Assembly (NCBI GenBank): GCA_017654855.1
Contig: CM030335.1
Coordinates: 2,542,001-2,606,000 of the forward strand
Direction of reading: 5' to 3'
Origin: Podospora anserina
Lineage: Eukaryota
Length of the DNA: 64,000 bases
In this document: piece by piece, positions 61,877 through 64,000 of the stretch
Position numbering within the stretch: position 1 is the first letter of the stretch
Layout of the letters: the number at the start of each line of letters is the position of its first letter
Notes under the pieces: generated by a model
Told to the model about the DNA's origin: nothing
Seen by the model: only the letters and a program-made list of their open reading frames with translations
The model's database searches: none
Made by a program: the position numbers and the translations under genes

Positions 61877-63484
61877 CAATTCCCGTCTCAGACGATTATT
61901 TTTGCTAGAGAGATTCATCTCTCGCTTCTTTTTTCTTGCTTGTGTGTATTATTTCACAACACAACGCTCGGAGATATTCGTCCAGGGTTGTGTTGGACCA
62001 TACATATGATCAATCCCTTGCGTCTGACAGGAAGGCTATCCACTCCCGTATGCTCTCTTACACCATAGACACCTTCTTAACGTGGAAACCGGCTCTCTAG
62101 TTCGATGACACAAACTCCACAAAAACGTCGACGATCATCTAGCGAGGAGCACCAGGTGACCTTTTCCTGTCTCCTTGTAGAGTTCAGGATCGAGATTCAT
62201 AAAACACGCGTGAAACACTGCCACACTGCTCCAAGGTTGACATCGAACAAGAGCAGTCGTATCGCAGGGAGACTGGCGGCTACAATATCCCTTTCATCAT
62301 AGTTGTTGATCAAACCCGCAAACACGTGGAGTTGGCTTCGACGAAGGCAACCGGGCATTCCGAGAGAAGCAAGCATAGCAGACCGAGTGTGCGAATCCAA
62401 ACAAGGAGCCCCGAATTATCCCCTGGCCTCTCGGATCTTTATCTATTATTCGGCTCTACTTGCTCGGATTTAACTTTCTGGTGGTATGCAGTGGCAGGAA
62501 ACGCCTGGCGACGCTCCTGGTGAGCTGTATGTAGGCTGGACACGGCTCCGAAAGTTGCATTTCACTGATGTGCGTCCAGGGCGGAGATTGTGTCCGATAT
62601 GCAGGCCGGAGGAAAGGAGAGAGCCACTTGGGCAGGTTCGAAACTCGGGCCTTTTCGTACTGGCTCTGCATTGTGCATACCTTCATCAGTGAAAAAGATA
62701 TTTGTGACTTGCGGGGGAGCTTTCACCAACTTTCGCTGCCTCTCTCGCTTGCCAGGGTCGACCAGGATCCCCGCGACAGAGGGGTCAACCCCGCAAAGAT
62801 GTTCCACCAATGGTCTAGCCCTTTGCCGACCCCTGTGTGAGGTGCTCACATGCTTTTGCACAATGCACAGAGCACACAGAACACACATGGGAAAAAAGTG
62901 CGACGACAGTTCCAGGTTGTCCAACGAGGGGAAAAAAAGGGTGAGCCGAAACGAACATTGCGCATTGCATTGCGACCGCCCCCGGAACGCCGTTACGGGG
63001 ACTAAAACTACTACCTACCGGACCAGGTCTACACAACACACGCCCCTAATGTGGCAGCAGCAAATCTCGCGGTCGTGGTCGTGGTCATGGACCAGCCGTC
63101 CCAGCTGTATCAGCCATACCAGCCGTAGCTGTAGTAGCAACAGCAACAAAGCCAATCGAAGTACTGTTCCCATTGGGGCGCTGTCCGTCTACTACTCCCG
63201 CGCTCGGCTTAAACAGAGTTGTGAGAATAGCTAGGGCCAGGCCTTAGATGACGTACCCCTCCTGGTCTGTCAGCCTGCCCGCATTCCGTCCCTCCAACCC
63301 CGCGCCGTCTCTCCTTTATCAGTCCCGGCAGTACCACCCCCTACAGTGCCCCGTTCGGTACCGCATTCATATCCTATTCATCCGCCATATCCTGTTATCA
63401 TCCCCCCTCGACTCAATCCTCTGCAGCAGAAACGCCTTCGACCTTTTCACTCTACTGCCTGGTCGCCCCGGAGGAACAAGACAT

Positions 63485-63485
63485 C

Positions 63486-63519
<34 letters not shown>

Positions 63520-63564
63520 CCACCAACAACAACAATAACAACAAGAACAACAACAACAACAACA
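63485..63564. repeat. (CAA)n microsatellite immediately upstream of the glycerol kinase AUG
   Basis: Direct reading; encodes poly-Thr in the kinase frame and poly-Gln in another frame. Confidence 0.92.
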
Positions 63565-63573
63565 GCACACAGC

Positions 63574-64000
63574 ATGGGCGACCTTGGCGACTTCAACCCC
63601 ATTCGCTTCGAAGAAGGCGGCATGGTGATAGACATACCCACGCTGAACCTCGACTCCCTGAAGAAGCCCGAAGCAACCATCACCCCTCTGTACCCCGACC
63701 ACATTCCCACCCTCGAGACGCCCAACTTACATCCGCACCATGATAAGCACCTGCCGCGGGGCATTGAGGAGACACCTGAGGAACAGCGGCGCCACTGGTT
63801 TGTGGGCAGTATCGACCAGGGAACAACGTCATCTCGGTTCCTAATATTCAACGGAGAAGGCGACCCAGTTGCCAGTCACCAACTCGAGTTCGAGAACCTG
63901 TATCCTAAATCCGGGTATGTTGAAGAGCCCGCCACCTGACCCGCATCCCGTTGCTTTGGTCTCCGCTTCCCTGCCTCATCCGCCTCCACCTCCGCATGTG
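63574..64000 (+). CDS. GUT1: Glycerol kinase (3'-truncated by window)
   Basis: FGGY signature FVGSIDQGTTSSRFLIFN..VASHQLEF..YPKSG; donor GTATGT at 63915. Confidence 0.9.

Noticed and set aside
19704-64000. Glycerol-3-P acyltransferase and glycerol kinase in one window, suggesting a glycerolipid cluster
   Set aside because: More than 40 kb apart with many unrelated housekeeping genes between them

Overview
Eukaryotic, intron-containing DNA from a filamentous ascomycete. Gene set, GT(A/G)AGT..CTRAC..YAG introns and the cpc-1 leader point to Sordariomycetes, probably Sordariales (Podospora/Neurospora-like; this is inference). About 15 protein genes were reconstructed by hand with splice sites: farnesyltransferase beta (partial), a tiny stand-alone dsRBD-like protein, mannose-1-P guanylyltransferase, HIR1, ETP1/BRAP2 RING ligase, glycerol-3-P acyltransferase, a membrane protein largely missed by the ORF track, SRP40, an ADA2/ADGF-like deaminase, a multi-pass membrane protein, cpc-1/GCN4, a large Ser-rich protein, GCN20, beta-tubulin, a fungal Ser/Thr kinase and glycerol kinase (partial), plus tRNA-Lys(CTT). 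Main points of interest: (1) a 250-bp MITE with CAC..GTG termini and a 5-bp CCTGG target duplication (Transib/CMC-like signature); (2) a cryptic, presequence-like N-terminal extension of glycerol kinase reachable only by non-AUG initiation, UAG recoding or a -1 shift; (3) an ADA2-like gene whose GC-AG intron switches between a myristoylation-type and a very basic N-terminus; (4) an ATG-only first exon with a GC donor; (5) the complete cpc-1 uORF/non-AUG leader; (6) a 5' C-rich to 3' G-rich gradient inside many genes. All coordinates were counted by eye and no database searches were run.
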